Below, piece by piece: positions 49,226 to 63,136 of a stretch of DNA of 64,000 bases. This DNA comes from Octopus sinensis. Its lineage: Eukaryota. The notes under the pieces were generated by a model. It was not told the origin of the DNA and made no database searches. It worked only from the letters and a program-made list of their open reading frames with translations. The number at the start of each line of letters is the position of its first letter. Position 1 is the stretch's first letter. Position numbers and translations under genes: made by a program. Location: positions 92,690,001-92,754,000 of the forward strand of contig NC_043000.1 of the NCBI RefSeq assembly GCF_006345805.1. The letters run 5' to 3'.

Positions 49226-50021
49226 TAAGGTGGTGACCTGGCAGAATCATTAGCACACCGGATAAATTGCTTAGTGGTATTTCACCCATCTTTACATTCT
49301 GAGTTCAAATTCTGCTGATGTTGACTTTACCTTTTATACTATCAGGGTCCAATAAAATAACTACCTGTTGAGCACTGGGATCGATGTACTCGACTTAACT
49401 TGCTGGCCTTGTGCCAAAATTTGAAATTATTATTTTTATCATTATCATTATTAAGGCAGCAAGCTGACAGAATCATTAGCATGCTGGGCTAAGTGCTTAG
49501 CAGTATTTTGTTTATCTGCACATTCTGGGTTCAAATTCCACTGAGGTGTACTTAGTCTTTTTTCCTTTTAAGGGTTGATGAATTAAGTAACAGTTGAACA
49601 GTGGGGTCGATGTAATTGACTAGCACCCTCCTCCAAAATTCCTGGTCTTGGGAAAAATTTGAAACCATTACTATTATTGCTATCGTTATTATCATTATTA
49701 TTATTATTATTAAGGCGGCATGCTGGCAGAGTAGTTAGCATGCTGGACGAAATGCTTATCAGTATTTTGCCCATCGCTACATTCTGAGTTTGAATTCTGC
49801 CAAGGTTGACTTTGCCTTTCATCCTTTCGGGGTCAATAAATAAAGTATCAGTTATGTACTGGGTTCAATGTAATCGACTTAATCCTTTCCTTCAAATTTG
49901 GGGTCTTGTACTTCCGGTAGAAAGGATTATTATTATTATTATTATTATGACAATTATTATCATCATCATCACATCATCATCATCATCATCATCATCATCA
50001 TTATTATTATTATTATTATTA

Positions 50022-50054
<33 letters not shown>

Positions 50055-50280
50055 GGTGCTGAGCAGGCAGAATCACTAGTATGCCGGGTGAAATGCTTAG
50101 CGGTATTTTGCCTGTCACTACATTCTGAGTTCAAATTCTACCAAGGTCGACTTTGCCTTTCATCCTTTCAGAGTCGATAAATTAAGTACCGGTCAAGTAT
50201 TGCGATTAACTATCCCCCTCACTTCAAATTCTAGGCCTTGTGCACATAATAGAAATAATCATTATTGTTATTATTATTAC

Positions 50281-50341
<61 letters not shown>

Positions 50342-50754
50342 TTGTAACCTATTATATGATAAATACCTTTTCTCTCCTGCTCAATGTTAGGAAATATGGA
50401 CACTTACAATAAATATAATTTGACTTTTATCTAATTTCTTGGTTCTTGTAGAAAGTGATGAAATGAATGCTAAATTTCAAAAGAAAAATATCTATTTCCT
50501 TAAAATAAAATAAAATAAAACAAATTCCTCATTTGTATATTTTTCATAAATATGTGATTATTTTTCTTTAACTCTTCTCATATATATATATATATACTCT
50601 ATCATTCCTCCTCTTCCTCCTCCTTTTTATATTCCTCCTCCTCAGTCTATGATCCTTTCTTTCTCAAAAGTGCATTTATCCTGTATCATTCATGTTAACC
50701 TTGTCTATATCTCTGTTTCACTCTTCTCTGTCCCCTCTCTCTCTCTTTCTCTGT

Positions 50755-50786
<32 letters not shown>

Positions 50787-51092
50787 ATGATGTAAAATGT
50801 AACTGGAGAAATTAATCAATCAACCACCCAACCAATATTTGTATTAACAATTATTAATGGAGATTTTTATTATTAAGGCAGTGAGCTGGCAGAATCGTCA
50901 GCATGCTTGATGAAATGCTTAGCAGTATTTCACCTGTCGCTCCATTCCTAGTTCAAATTCCACTGAGGTCAACTTTGCCTTTCATCCTTTCGGGGTCAAT
51001 AAAATTAAGTACCAGTGAAACATTAGGGTCGATGTAATAAACTTATCCCCTCCCCCAAAATGGCTGCCCTTGATGCAAAATTTGAAACCATT
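49226..51092 (+). mobile_element. Five head-to-tail family B SINEs (about 49226, 49452, 49712, 50053, 50874) with (ATT)n linkers
   Basis: Repeated aagg...gctggcagaatc units. Confidence 0.85.
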
Positions 51093-51093
51093 A

Positions 51094-51137
<44 letters not shown>

Positions 51138-51691
51138 GAGTGAGAGAGCAGTGCATGCCATCAAAGTGACATTGGGGTAAAATATACAAAGCCCAGTATA
51201 CCCATCATAACTACCCGTCTGATAAAGGTACTCTAGGCACATGTATCACAACCATATGTGTGCGACATGGTGATTTCGTATCAAGATAAACAGCACATGA
51301 CCTTGCAGGTGGGGCCCAGTTAGAATTTTCTTCTGGTCGAGTAATCCATCCCACTCAAAAGGTCCCTGAATAAGGGTTGTTTAAGGATGTTGAAAGGAAC
51401 ACCCAGGTTTCCAGAGGTGAATTATCCAAACCCCAAAGAATCCCTCTCAACACATGGCTATGATGTTCCCCCACTACTTCTGCTCATGATCAGAGATGCA
51501 CATATCGTCAGCCACTAAGGGACATGCTCAGCTGGTTAAGGTCAAACAACTGACAAGCAAATCTGTGGTATTGAGCGGAATATTTGCTGTAGCCCATCTT
51601 TTATACCAAGACAAAACAATGCACATGATAACACTTCCAATCAGTTAAGATCAGAAGCCATGAGAGCTACTGTCTGGTACTGCTTGAGGGC

Positions 51692-51693
<2 letters not shown>
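51138..51693. mobile_element. About 555-bp non-coding element embedded in (ATT)n
   Basis: Pure (TTA)n on both sides; second partial copy at 39039 also lies in (ATT)n. Confidence 0.75.
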
Positions 51694-51766
<73 letters not shown>

Positions 51767-51768
<2 letters not shown>

Positions 51769-52360
51769 GCACAACAGATTAGACTGTTGGATAAGAAAGT
51801 TCCTAACACAGGGCTACAACATGTAACCTTAGATACCAAGTACCTTCCAAAGTATCCTAGTTGTCCCTAATAATACTGCTTTCTGGAGTTGTACTAAACT
51901 AGGTTTTATACCTATTTCCTCAATCCCTCAGTTCAAATCTTTAGGGATAGTTTCTAATGCACTTATACTACAGAGATACATTCTACCAGCACATTCCATA
52001 GTCTCTACAATTCAAGGGTTAGGTCCTGGTACTTTACTATTATCTCTGTACCTCTCATATTTCTCATCATTTGGGACTATAAATTTAATTACCTGATATC
52101 CTCTTTGTCTACAGCTACTAAATCAGGCCTTCTAGCTCCTATTGCTAGACTAAATGTTAAAATCTCACATCTAATATTTCTTACTTTCTAGCACTTTCCT
52201 AGGTTCATTAACAGTATAGTCAAATTCTAGCTTTCTGGCTAACTCCCAGTGGATTATTCTCCCTAGGCTGTCATGTCTTTTGTTGTATTCTTTCTCTACA
52301 AGCATACTGCATTCACTGACTATATGAGTAACACTTTCCTCCTTTGATTTTATATAACCT
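51767..52360 (-). mobile_element. R4/Dong-like RLE LINE 3' fragment
   Basis: Minus-strand HIVSECSML, KRHDSLGRIIHWELARKL, RRPDLVAVDK, QLQKAVLLGT; 3' end abuts (TAA)n. Confidence 0.8.
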
Positions 52361-52411
52361 AAATTGGGAATCTATCTGATCATTATCAGCGTCATTATTC
52401 TTATTATTATT

Positions 52412-52865
52412 ACGGTGGCAAGCTGGCAGAATTGTTAGCATGCCAGGCAAAATGCTTAGCGGTATTTTGTCTGCCGCTATGTTCTGAGTTCAAATTCCAC
52501 CGAGGTCGACTTTGCCTTTCATCCTTTCAGGGTTGATGAAATAAGTACTAGTTATGCACTGGGGTCAATGTAATCGACTATCTCCTCCAACCAATTTTCA
52601 GGCCTTGTGCCTACAGTAGAAAGGATTCTTATTCTTCTTATTATTATTAAGGTGGTGAGCTGGCAGAATCGTTAGCATGCTGGATGAAATGCTTAGCATT
52701 ACTTTGCCTGTTACTACTTTCTGATTTTAAATTCTGCCAAGGTCGACTATGCCTTTCATCCTTTCAGAGTTGATAAATTAAGTACCAGTTGTATACTGGG
52801 GTCGATCTAATCAACTGGCCCCCTCCACAAAAATTTCAGGCCTTGTACCTAGAGTAGAAGATATT
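52412..52865 (+). mobile_element. Two tandem family B SINEs
   Basis: Units at about 52412 and 52649. Confidence 0.85.
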
Positions 52866-52879
52866 ATTATTATTATAAT

Positions 52880-53475
52880 TGGGTTTTGTTTCCTTCTTTC
52901 TTCAAATTTTCTTCCATTTCTTGCCGAGTGTTTTCCATACACCTAGGGCAGAGAAGCTCATTGTATGCGTTCCCAGATTACACACGCAAATTAACAGGTA
53001 AAATATGTATTAAAAAAAAGTAATATATAAATAAATTCATGAATGGATGTTGTCTTCACAGCGATAATGCTCTTCTCAGTACATGTGTCGTTCCATTTAA
53101 CACGATTTTTTGAACTTCCTGTGGGGATGGTAAGCTGGGTATCATTTTCAAATAGGTTTCAGTACCTTTTTTATAATTTCTAGAGATCCTACAATCACTG
53201 GTACTGTAGTCGCCTTGAGATGCCTCATCTTTTCAATTTCTATTAGCAAGTCTTTATATTTACTGATCTTGTCAAATTCTTTCGCCACTATATTGTGATC
53301 GCAAGGAATACTCATGTCAATTAATAAACACACCTTTTTTGTCTGATCTTTTATAATAATATCCGGTTTATTAGCTTTTATAGTTTTGTCATTATGCACA
53401 GGGAAGTCCCATAGAATCAACACAATTTCTCCCTCAGTCACAGCTTCAGGATGGTGTTTATACCATTTGTCAAGG
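52880..53475 (-). mobile_element. R4/Dong-like RLE LINE 3' fragment
   Basis: KWYKHHPEAVTEGEIVLILWDFPVHNDKTIKANKPDIIIKD...LIDMSIP...KYKDL...VPVIVGSL; 3' end abuts (TAA)n. Confidence 0.9.
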
Positions 53476-53477
53476 CG

Positions 53478-54040
53478 ATGAGCAGGCAGAACCATCTTGT
53501 ACTGGGCAAAATAACTAGTAGCATTTTGTCAAATAACTCTAAGTTCAAATACCTCTGAGGTCAACTTTGCTTATCATCCTTTTGAAGTTGATAAATAAAT
53601 GCCAGTAAAGTGCTGGGATCGACATGATCAACTTTCCTCATCCCCCAAAATTTCAGGCCTTGCACACATAGTAGAAAAGATTATTATTACAGAAAAGATT
53701 ATCATTATCATTATTATTGTTTTTATTATTATTATTGTTGTTGTTATCATTATTATCATCATCATTATTGTTGTTGTTGTTGTTATTATTATTATTAATA
53801 TTATTATCATTATTATCATTAGGACAGCAAGCTGGCAGAATCATTAGTAGGGTGGGCAAAATGCTTGGCAGCATTTTATCTATTTTTACATTCTGAGTTC
53901 AAACTCAGCAGAGGGCAACTCTACCTTTCATCCTTTTAGGGTTGATAAAATGAGTACCAGTTGAGTGCTGGGGGTCAATGTAAACAATCTACCACATCTC
54001 ACGAAATTGCTGGCCTTGTGCCAAAATTTGAAACCACTAT
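53478..54040 (+). mobile_element. Two family B SINEs with an (ATT)n linker
   Basis: Units at about 53478 and 53820. Confidence 0.8.
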
Positions 54041-54124
54041 TATTATTCCCTCATTAGATGACCTAGCCAAATGAAATTGTATATTTATCTTGTAAGTCCA
54101 CATCTGTACCATTCCAGCTGTGAA

Positions 54125-54420
54125 AGTGTGTGGCCTAATGGTTATGATGTTGCCCTCATGACTGCAAGATTGTGGTTTCAATTCCCAGGCCAGCAGTACA
54201 TTGAGTTCTTGAGCAAAACACTTCATTTCACATTGCTTCACTTCACTCACCTGTGTATAGGTAACCCTCGATGGACTGGCATTTCGTTCAGAAAAAAATA
54301 TTGGCCTTCCCACCTAGCCAATGAGGTGGCATCATTCAAAAGCTACAACAATGCAAGGAAGCGCATTGTGACCAGTGGTGTGTAACAACATCTAGTAGTC
54401 CAGTCAGTACTGTGATACAT
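54125..54420 (+). mobile_element. tRNA-derived SINE
   Basis: gtgtggcctaatggtta...ggtttcaattccc head; ttcttgagcaaaacacttcatttcac body. Confidence 0.75.
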
Positions 54421-54984
54421 TATCATTGTCATTGCCTATGACCTTTAATTTTTAAGACAGTAGATTGTGGTTTGAGGGAAATTTAACTACCATCTCTAGG
54501 AATCTGGTCACTTACATATAATCTCCTTGTCTCATACTTTGTCTTTATAAACTATTTATCTAGTTTTATCGGTTCTTCATTAAGGTCATTGAATTTACCA
54601 TTTTTACATCCATTCTGACCAACTGCTGTCACCGCTTTGATTTCAAGAGAAGTTAACTGCGGAGAAAATGTAACCCAATTTCTAGCAAGCATCTTATTGT
54701 GGCATTGATACCTGATTTATTACTTTGGACACAAGGGGCATACACTAGTATTTCTTATGGATCTGAAAGGTAATGTGCATCATCAATAATCACTTTCTGA
54801 ATCTGTCCTCTGCGATGCACTCTACTGTTCTCTGCTATCATCATTTCTTTCACAATGTTCGCTCCGTGAAATATTTGATTTATTGTCTACTATCTGAGTC
54901 AAATATTGTGATCTATTATATCAAATTCTGTCTTTGTCTAGTCCAGTATTACAAATCCATATTGTTATCGTCTTTGTCATCATG

Positions 54985-55000
54985 GTTCTTCTTCTTCTTC

Positions 55001-55040
<40 letters not shown>

Positions 55041-55055
55041 TATTATTATTACTAC

Positions 55056-55129
<74 letters not shown>

Positions 55130-55143
55130 TATTATTATTACTA

Positions 55144-55187
<44 letters not shown>

Positions 55188-55324
55188 TATTATTACTATT
55201 ATTATTATTATTATATTATTATTATTATTATTATTATTTATTATTATTATTATTATTATTTATTATTATTATTGTTGTTGTTGTTGTTGTTGTTATTATT
55301 ATTATTATTATTATTATTGTTATT
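54985..55324. repeat. Long (TTA)n microsatellite
   Basis: Seen directly. Confidence 0.95.
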
Positions 55325-55641
55325 AGCATTAGCATTCCATAGTCATATTTTTATTGTGTGCTTTCACTGTGCTGATTGAATGTAGCTCTGTGTGCCTTGG
55401 GTATGTCCTGTAGTTTGTTTTGCTGTTGTTATTTTTACTCTATTGAATGTGCTCTTCATAAGATGTGTGCAGTCTGTGTCTGACCATGCCGTTTTCTGTA
55501 AGTTACATATATACATATATATATATATATATATTTATATATTCATAAGTTTTGAGTTATTTGTGCACATGTTTTTGGACCGTAGGTAAAGCACCTACTA
55601 TTACAGAGATTGTTTCTGTTTGCAGACCCTAGATTTAGGTT
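55325..55641 (-). mobile_element. Short R4/Dong-like 3' fragment inside (TAA)n
   Basis: Minus-strand KDLEIKIT...KTETISVIVGAL...TAHIL; (ATT)n on both sides. Confidence 0.7.
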
Positions 55642-55662
55642 ATTTTTATTTCCAGATCTTTA

Positions 55663-55723
<61 letters not shown>

Positions 55724-55814
55724 ATCGTCGTCGTCATCATTGTTGTCGATGTTGTCATCATTGTCGTCATCGTCATCATCATCATCATCATTCTTATTGT
55801 TATCATTGTCATTA

Positions 55815-56770
55815 TTGTTTTACTTTTCAGAGCACTCAGTCTTGTTTGCTCTGGTAGATTCTGTGAGAGTTTCATATGACTTCTCACAGCTCATGATTTC
55901 ATTCGCTTGAGTTAATTTTGCAAGAGCAGACAAGGGCCTTACACGGCCTCTTTTTATGATACTTAACACCTAAGTATCAATCTAAAAATCCATGCTGTCC
56001 CCAATTTCTCCTGCAAATTTCTCAAACCTGGTTGTAAATGGTCCTTAGTGCCCCTTCAACTATAGGGATGATAGTTACTGTTTACATTACCTACATTTAT
56101 GCAATTTCATCTTTTAAATAGCTTGTACTATTCTATCTTGACTGGCTGTTTGTCACCCGCTTGGGCATCTCCAGGTATGGCAATATATATGCTTTTGGTA
56201 TCTTTCTTCCTTCAACCCACTAGAACAATGTCTGGTCTCCAAGCATCTTTCTCTCAGATCTTATACTTATTATTTTCAGTAACATTTTCTGGTTTATGCT
56301 TGTATCATTTCTATATCCTTTCAAGACTGTACTTCTCACACAATCTCCAATGAACAAACTTAGTTACATTATCATGCCCCCTTTTGTATTCCTTTTGAGT
56401 TTATTTGCTATACTCACTCATAATATGTGAAACTATTTTATTTTTGATGCCACACATCCTACAAAAGTTGCTCTTATCTATTTGGAACTTGGTGTAATTA
56501 GTTCTCAGAATTTTATTCTGGGCACTGCATATCAATATTTCAATGTTACCTTTCAGATCACTTTCTTTATTCACCTCCAGGTGTTGTTATTATCTTTCCC
56601 TTCGATTTCTCTGAGGCGTTACCCATGGATCGTCTCCATTTTTCTGTCCTTTGAGCTTTGCTTTGTCTTGTTTCTGAAATGTTTTCGGGTGTCACATTTT
56701 CACTTGGTATCATGTTGCTATTTGAAACAGCAACAAACAAAGGTTCAATCTGCTGTCTGACATACTATCT
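55815..56770 (-). mobile_element. R4/Dong-like RLE LINE 3' fragment
   Basis: Minus-strand CRMCG, SHIMSEYSK, RGHDNVTKFVHW, RPDIVLV, KIE*YKL, VTIIPIVEGAL. Confidence 0.75.
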
Positions 56771-57438
56771 CAGACTATCATTATTGTTATTAGAGTATTA
56801 GACTCAGGAATGTTATGTCATTGAACCAAAGGCTACATTGTGTTCTTATGCTAATCATATCATTTCTTCTCTGCTTCCTTTAAAATAGTATGGTGGCAGA
56901 ACTATTAGCACATCAGACAAAATACTTAGCAGCATCATATATCATCAGATTTTTCTCTCAAATGAGTTGTCTTTTTCATTACCCAGAGTACTTTGCATTT
57001 AACATACATTCTTCATTCTTAATATTGTCCTTCTCTGCTCAAATTTTATATTGATTAACCTTCTTTGACACCGAATTATCTCTCCTTCTCTACCCCATAC
57101 CTTTCTTGCTCTTCCCATGCCCAGCGTCCACCTCTCTTTTCACATATTAGTAATGTGACCCTCCACACATCATCTTCTTCTATATCATTGTTATGGGGAT
57201 AATAATGATAATGGAATACCCCTCCTATGTGACGAGTGGTATGTGCTAGTCATAACAAATACTGTGACATAGGAAGTAGAATGGTCGAAAAGTCAGTGAA
57301 GTCAGCCATAGAGGCATGTCTTTACTTGTCTAACTAACTATACTGCTATACTGGAGTGGACGTTATAACAGTCCAACTTTGGATTACAACACACATCCTA
57401 CCTCTTTCAACTGTATGTATATATATATATATATATAA

Positions 57439-58353
57439 ACAAGGTGCATTCAAAAAGTATCTGACTTTATTTTTTCCTGCCAAAACTAATACTGTATGAG
57501 CAAAATCCTTTGCTGGGGAGGTGACGCTACTCTTTCTGTGCATGTGTGGAAATTTTGGTGCCACTGTGTCACAGTAGTTTCTGGCAGTTCCTCCTAGAGT
57601 ACAGACATGTAGTGTATGTTCACTGGATTTTTGCTTTCACCGAACACATTGAGATATTGCAACAAGTTTTGCCAAAAGCTTGGTGATACTTAAGCTCAAA
57701 CCATCTAGAAAATTCAGCATGCCTCTGGCGATGGTGCCATGAGTAAAACCCTGATCAAGAAGTGCTACCACTGCTTCAAACGTGGCGGTGCCTGAGTGGA
57801 AAGTGATGCACTCTTGAGCAGACCTTTTACAAGCCAAAATAAAGAGCTAATTCTGAAGATTCGGCTAATAATAATGGAAGACTGTCATATAACAATCCAG
57901 GACATTGCACGTAAAGAAGAAATAAATACAAGATCAGTACATTCTATTTTAACAGAGGATTTGTGCTTGCAAAGAATGTCAGTGAAATTCGTCCCCAAGG
58001 TGCTGGCAGAGCAACAGCAACATCTCCACATGGAAATCGTTCAGCACATCCTGGACTGTGCAAATCAGGACCTAGACTTTATAAAGACTATCATTTTTGG
58101 TAATGAGACATGGGTTTATGGTCTCTGCTCAATGTGTTTGATCATCCTGTGTGAAAATGAAACTATGATGAGCGCACACTATGCACTTCTACTCTAGGCA
58201 TAACAGCTGGTAACTGACTCAGGCTACCTACATGAAAATCTTCACACATAATGCAAGAAGAGTGGTGTCATTTCTCACCTGAAGGATTTTTCTCTAGAAG
58301 CATTAGCTTTGGCAGGAAAAACAAAAGTTGGATGCTTTTAGAACACATCTTGT
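57439..58353 (+). mobile_element. Internally deleted mariner element with TIRs
   Basis: About 52-bp TIRs (acaaggtgcattcaaaaag...ttcctgccaaaactaat / attagctttggcaggaa...catcttgt); transposase remnant ...SVHSILTEDL...KFVPKVL...IIFGNETWVYG (57796-58120). Confidence 0.9.
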
Positions 58354-58677
58354 ATATGTGTAAATATGTATATTTATATGTATATATATATATGTATATA
58401 TGTGTGTGTATGTATATATGCATATATATATACATATATGTGTGTATATATGTATATATATGTGTGTGTATATATATGTATATATATATATATATGTGTG
58501 TGTGCGTGTGTGTGTGTGTGTGTATGTGTGTGTGTGTGTGTGTGTGTAAATTGATAACAAACATTGAATGGATTGATATCCTTCAGGCTATCACTATATC
58601 ACCACCTCATGTAGGAGAGAGAGAGAGATAGAGAGAGAAAGAGGCAGAGAAACAGGGAGGAAGATAGATAAATAGAT

Positions 58678-58712
<35 letters not shown>

Positions 58713-58759
58713 GACAGATAGACAGATAGATAGACAAATAGCCAGTCAGACAGACAGAT

Positions 58760-58840
<81 letters not shown>

Positions 58841-59186
58841 TGCAGCCCATGCCAGCATGGAACATGGATGTTAAATGATCATGTACCAGTTAAGATAAAT
58901 TGTTGTTGAAATGATGATGATTATAATTATATACACAATTTATGTATCATATATGCATAAATATAAAATGTGCATGTGAATTATATTGAATGTCTGTATA
59001 CGATACATATATATTTCTATACACATGTGGACACACATGCTCACACACACACACATTTATATACCAATGTATCTGCACATGCCTATGTATGTATTCTTGT
59101 GTGTGTATATGTGTGAGTGTGTATAAATGCATGTGTGTGTGTGTATAAATGTATGTGTTTGTGTGTCTATGTATTTATGTATGTGC

Positions 59187-59244
<58 letters not shown>

Positions 59245-60719
59245 TATATATCCTTCAAACATGATTTTTATAAAAACCCTTTCTTGTATAGGAAGTATTC
59301 ATCAGCTTTCATAATTATTTAGTTTAGGATTAACACAAATATATGCCCCTATAACACTAAACACATCCCTCTATATATCCCACTTTTCAACCATCCTTTT
59401 GTAAATTTTAAGTTTATATTCCTTTTTCCTTAGACACAATCTAAGGAATACGAAAGTAATTCTTCAATAAATATTATATATGTTTGATTAATTGTTTGCT
59501 TATTTTGAGAAATTGGTGTTAAATTATTCTTTGAACGTGACTTTCTTCATTTAAACGAACATCATCAAGGTGCATCACTGGTTTTTCTTCATCTTGCGTT
59601 TTTCAATCTAAATGAAATAGTGTTTATTTATTTCATATTATAATAAAAGAAAACCTGCATATATATATATATGCAGGTGTATATATTTGTGGAGATTGAT
59701 AGCTATGCAAACACCCACATGCACACATGCATGCCTATATATATATATATATATATATAAATATAATTTTGTATTTATATCTCTTTATATATATATATAT
59801 ATATATATATCTAATTTTATCTCTAATTTATATTTTATATATATATATATATGAGTGTGTATGTATGTATATCTATTTGTCTAACTCTCCCTCTCTCCAT
59901 GTATATATATCTACATATGTATGTATTTATATATGTGTATATATATATATTATATTTATATGAATGTATATACACACACACACATGTTCATACACACACA
60001 GGTAAGTACATGCACGTTCATTCATAATTCTTTGATCATAAGTGTTTATGCATTCATATGTATATATGTATACCTAGATGCATTCGTATATATATGTATA
60101 TATTTACATATGCACACACATGCATCTGTTTTTCTATGTAATAATTCATTAAAACATGCTTACGCAGTTTCCTTTTATTTATTTATTTTTTTCTTAATTG
60201 TTCCCCTCCTCTTGTTATTTATTTACAGAAACATGCTCCATTCCATTCTATTTCTTTACAATTTTAAAAAGAAATGCTGTTTTATATTGAAGCAAATTAT
60301 CACATTGATTTATATAGCAAAAAACACACAGGCACAATGTTATTCAGGTTGTAAACACCGACACACATGTACACTCACATATGCAAGCATGCAATGATAT
60401 TGAGCGCACTGCTTTTAAGGCCTTCAACATTTTGCATATACCAGCATTTAACAACAACATGCATACATCCATGTATATATATATATATATATCTATACAC
60501 ATGCATATATATAAGTATATATATATGTACATATATATACATACAAACATACATACACACACACACATATATATATACACATATATATATGTATATATAT
60601 GTAAATATATACATACATATATGTGTATATGATATATATATATATATATATATATGTGTGCATATTTATATATACATATATATATATAATATATATATAC
60701 ACACATATATATATGCTAA

Positions 60720-60750
<31 letters not shown>

Positions 60751-61339
60751 TTCTCATATAAATACATAAAGACAGATGTATCTAATAGATACACATGCAT
60801 GCATACATACTTTCAGATACAAATACAAATACACGCACACTCATATATCTACCCACTTACCATCTCTCTCCTGTACACTCCTACACAGATTTTACATGCA
60901 CTGAAATACTCACATGTGCCTCTGATATCAATATAAATTGCTTCGTAGGCACATATTAAGATTCAGAAACATATTTATCCATTCATACGTGTCACACACA
61001 CACACACACACACACAAATGCAACACCAACAAAAAGAAATACTTATTTTAAGCCTAAATTCATTTTCTCAAAATTATGCTAGTTGCCTCAGATTTCACTA
61101 TCCTCGTCCTGCTCCTCCTTCACCTCTTCCTCCACCCCCTCTTCATCCTCCACCCCCTCTTCATCCTCCACCCTCCTCCTCCATGCTCCTCCTCATCATC
61201 GTCACCACCATCATCATCACCATCATCATCATAACCATTATGATCATCATCGTCGTCGTTGTCACCACCACTATCAACATCATCATCATCATCATCAATA
61301 ATAAGGTTAATAACTGTATCATAATAATCGTTTCACAAT

Positions 61340-61527
61340 GTGCAAGATTTTGTGGGAGGAGCCTAGTTGATTACATTGACACCAGTGCTTGACTGATACC
61401 TCATTCATCGACCCTGAAAGGATGAAAGGCAAAGACAACTTTAGAAGAATTTGAACTCAGAAAATAAAGTGGGACAAAATTCTTTAGTGGTATTTTGTCC
61501 AACAAGCTAAGAATTCTACCAGCTCAG
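61340..61527 (-). mobile_element. SINE family B copy
   Basis: Homologous to 740-955. Confidence 0.75.
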
Positions 61528-62054
61528 CAACATGATGATGATGATGAGGAGGAGGATGATCACGATGACGATGATGACGATGATGATGATGATGATGACG
61601 ATGAGGATGATTGCAACAACGATGATGACGATGGAGATGACAGCAATGATGATGAAAAGAGGAGGAGCAGGTGGAGGAGGGGAAGGAGGAGGAGGAGGAG
61701 GAGGAGAAGAAGAAGAAGAAGAAGAAGAAGAAGAAGAAGAAGAAGAAGAAGAAGAAGCATGTAGGTGTTTATAAATAATACAGACTCCGCTCTTCAAATA
61801 CTGAGTCATGACACCAGCTTAAGAATTAGGGTGGCACTATGAGCCAATGAGAGGAGCATCTACATTGTTGCTACATCTGCTAGAAATAACAGTCAGAACA
61901 CTCTTTCTAACTGTTTAGATTGCTTTTCACCATCCTCCTCCTCTTCTACCTCTTCCTCCACCCCTTCTTCATCCTCCACCTAATCCTCCAACCTCCTTCT
62001 CATCATCTATACTAAGTTCTAGTAGAACAGTATCTATATATAAATATATAAAAG

Positions 62055-62262
62055 AAGGTGCTGTAAAGTTCCTAGCTTCAAGGGTATTATGAAAGGCCTG
62101 GCTGGAGGCCCAGCCTTCTGAGTTCTTTTGCAGGGCTTAGAAAAACTGAAGGACCACTGCAATAAGTGTGTAAATCTGAGAGGAGAATATGTTGACTAAA
62201 ATCATAATAAACTGATCTTCCTGTATTTTCTTTAACCCAGAGCCAAGGACTTTTCAACCCTG
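62055..62262 (+). mobile_element. Mariner-derived MITE
   Basis: Degenerate TIRs ggtgctgtaaagttcctagct / agccaaggacttttcaaccc; internal LEKLKDHCNKCVNLRGEYVD* (mariner C-terminus). Confidence 0.7.
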
Positions 62263-63037
62263 CCTTATAGATGCACAACTGAGTCTTTGCACCAATTTCC
62301 TTCCCCTTCCAGATACCTACATCCCCTAACATCATCTCTCTCTCTCTCTCTCTCTCTTGTCCTTCTCCTGTCTACTGTTTCATTGTTACTATTCTGCTGT
62401 TTCACACTTTCAGTCACCTCCTACTCCTTTCCCTACTACTAGTCCTTTGGCTCCCCTCATCTCTACCCATTTTGTACCTAGAAAATCCACTCTGACACTT
62501 CATCACCTTTGCATTTTTCATTGCTCCATTTGATCACCCCATCCTCTCTTCAAAAATGGGAGTAGTTTTGTAGCTACTCTACAATACAAAATTTGTTCAG
62601 TTCTAGCCCCTTTGCTTCTATCTTTACTCCTCTCTTACTCTAGGTCTCCTAGCATAAAGGTGACCATTCCTATTTAGGGCTTGTAATCTCGCAAAAAACA
62701 AGGCAACCTCACTTGTACTGGTAGCATGAAAAGCAATCACCCAAGCACAATGCAGTCCTTGGGCCCATAGAATCTTGTCAAATCATCCAATCAAGCCAGT
62801 ATGGAACACAGAAGCTACATGAGGACAATGACACACACACACAAATTTAATGCACAATATATGGATTTAAGAAATCCAGTGGTACTCATAAAAAAGCTGC
62901 TTTAATGGATCAGGCTACAAACCACTTAGCAAACCACAACAAAACTAAGGCTGCAAAACAATCATAGTTGTATGGATGTCAATTGGTGAAATAAACTTTT
63001 CCATCTTATACCTCCTCTCTATCCTTATATTATTTTG

Positions 63038-63071
<34 letters not shown>

Positions 63072-63136
63072 ATATACATACATTTATATATATATGTGTA
63101 TGTGTGTATATATATATATATATGTATATATATATA

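Noticed and set aside
59275-59312. CTGATGA...GAAA on the minus strand as another hammerhead
   Set aside because: Stems II and III cannot be formed.
59653-59678. Palindrome acctgc(at)n gcaggt
   Set aside because: Only 6 non-microsatellite bp per arm; could arise by chance or slippage.
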